DNA from: an uncultured Alphaproteobacteria bacterium
GTDB lineage: Bacteria; Pseudomonadota; Alphaproteobacteria; HIMB59; GCA-002718135
DNA: 64,000 nucleotides
Direction: 5' to 3'
Assembly (NCBI GenBank): GCA_902538155.1
Contig: CACBDX010000001.1
Coordinates: 19,301 to 83,300 of the forward strand
Shown here: positions 63,581 to 64,000 of the stretch, in pieces
How the letters are laid out: each line of letters starts with the position of its first letter
Numbering within the stretch: the stretch's first letter is position 1
Notes under the pieces: generated by a model
Database searches by the model: none
What the model saw: only the letters and a program-made list of their open reading frames with translations
Told to the model about the DNA's origin: nothing
Made by a program: the position numbers and the translations under genes

Positions 63581-64000
63581 ATGAAAAAAAATTTAAAAAG
63601 ACGTGAGTTTCTAAAGAAAGCAGGTGTAGCAAGTGCTGCTGCAGTTGGTGCTTCTACTTTAGCAGCTCCAGCAATAGCTGGTGGTCATCAAGAGTGGATC
63701 ATTTGTAGTGCTTTTGGTAAAGCAGGATTACTTGGTCAAGCAATTCAAGCTTTTGGTGATAATATTAATAGATACTCTGATAAGCTAAAAATTAAAGTTT
63801 ATCATTCTGGTGAGCTTGTTCCAGGACTTGAATCACTTGATGCAGTTAGATCTGGTGCAGCTCAAGCATCTTATGGTGCACCATACTATTGGACTAACGT
63901 ATCTGATGCAATTGAATTTGTTGCTACATGTCCATTTGGAATGAATGCAATGGAACAAAATGCATGGTGTTATTATGGTGGTGGTATTGAAGAAGCTGAT
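63581..64000 (+). CDS. TRAP-type transporter periplasmic solute-binding protein with Tat signal, N-terminal part (runs off the right edge)
   Basis: Absent from the track because it is open at the window edge. My translation gives MKKNLKRREFLKKAGVASAAAVGASTLAAPAIAGGHQEWIICSAFGKAGLLGQ..; GGGAGGA Shine-Dalgarno at 63571-63577. Confidence 0.65.
   Translation, partial: MKKNLKRREFLKKAGVASAAAVGASTLAAPAIAGGHQEWIICSAFGKAGLLGQAIQAFGDNINRYSDKLKIKVYHSGELVPGLESLDAVRSGAAQASYGAPYYWTNVSDAIEFVATCPFGMNAMEQNAWCYYGGGIEEAD

Noticed and set aside
1-64000. CRISPR arrays, insertion sequences, prophage or toxin-antitoxin/defence modules
   Set aside because: I saw no regularly spaced repeats and no transposase, integrase, recombinase, nuclease or helicase defence-type ORFs. 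I also saw no small paired ORFs with TA-like features. Apart from the 15.4-21.2 kb cluster and three singletons, all unexplained ORFs are accounted for as antisense shadows.

Overview
This window is AT-rich and very gene-dense, with many 1-40 nt gene overlaps and several gene pairs separated by 0-2 nt. The content includes proteorhodopsin, an H+-pyrophosphatase and an aapJQMP/yhdWXYZ-type general amino-acid ABC transporter. It also shows alphaproteobacterial synteny (pcm-tolC, rpmF-plsX..ihfA-merR) and a GTTC-N7-GTTC SOS operator. Together these point to a streamlined marine alphaproteobacterium of the SAR11/Pelagibacterales type; this is my inference, not a database result. I call about 66 CDS, 5 tRNAs (Cys-GCA, Asn-GTT, Arg-TCT, Pro-TGG, Glu-TTC), one TPP riboswitch, one LexA operator and three strong intrinsic terminators. 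I saw no rRNA, CRISPR array, transposase, integrase or phage gene. Most genes are housekeeping: the riboflavin operon, nrdR-glyA-rpiB, rplM-rpsI-argC-hom-recJ, fatty-acid/ketone-body CoA metabolism and thiamine uptake. Four regions look accessory or unexplained. (1) 15.4-21.2 kb is a six-gene overlapping operon directly downstream of tRNA-Arg. It encodes three exported or anchored proteins of unknown function, a membrane-anchored di-iron (2x ExxH) protein, a NodU/CmcH carbamoyltransferase and an SxtK-like micro-protein. It is bracketed by a 15/17 direct repeat of the tRNA T-arm and is my best candidate for an undescribed system. (2) 10.8-14.7 kb is an operon joining IolC/IolB/class-II aldolase to a compact MTA/SAH-nucleosidase-like enzyme, with no iolG/E/D. 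This gives a nucleosidase-isomerase-kinase-aldolase set reminiscent of a DHAP-shunt analogue. (3) umuDC lies with an SOS box beside two tRNAs. (4) A sugar-type ABC operon is led by MOSC and GATase genes and has no ATPase. All functional calls come from motif recognition by eye in the supplied translations and need HMM or BLAST confirmation.
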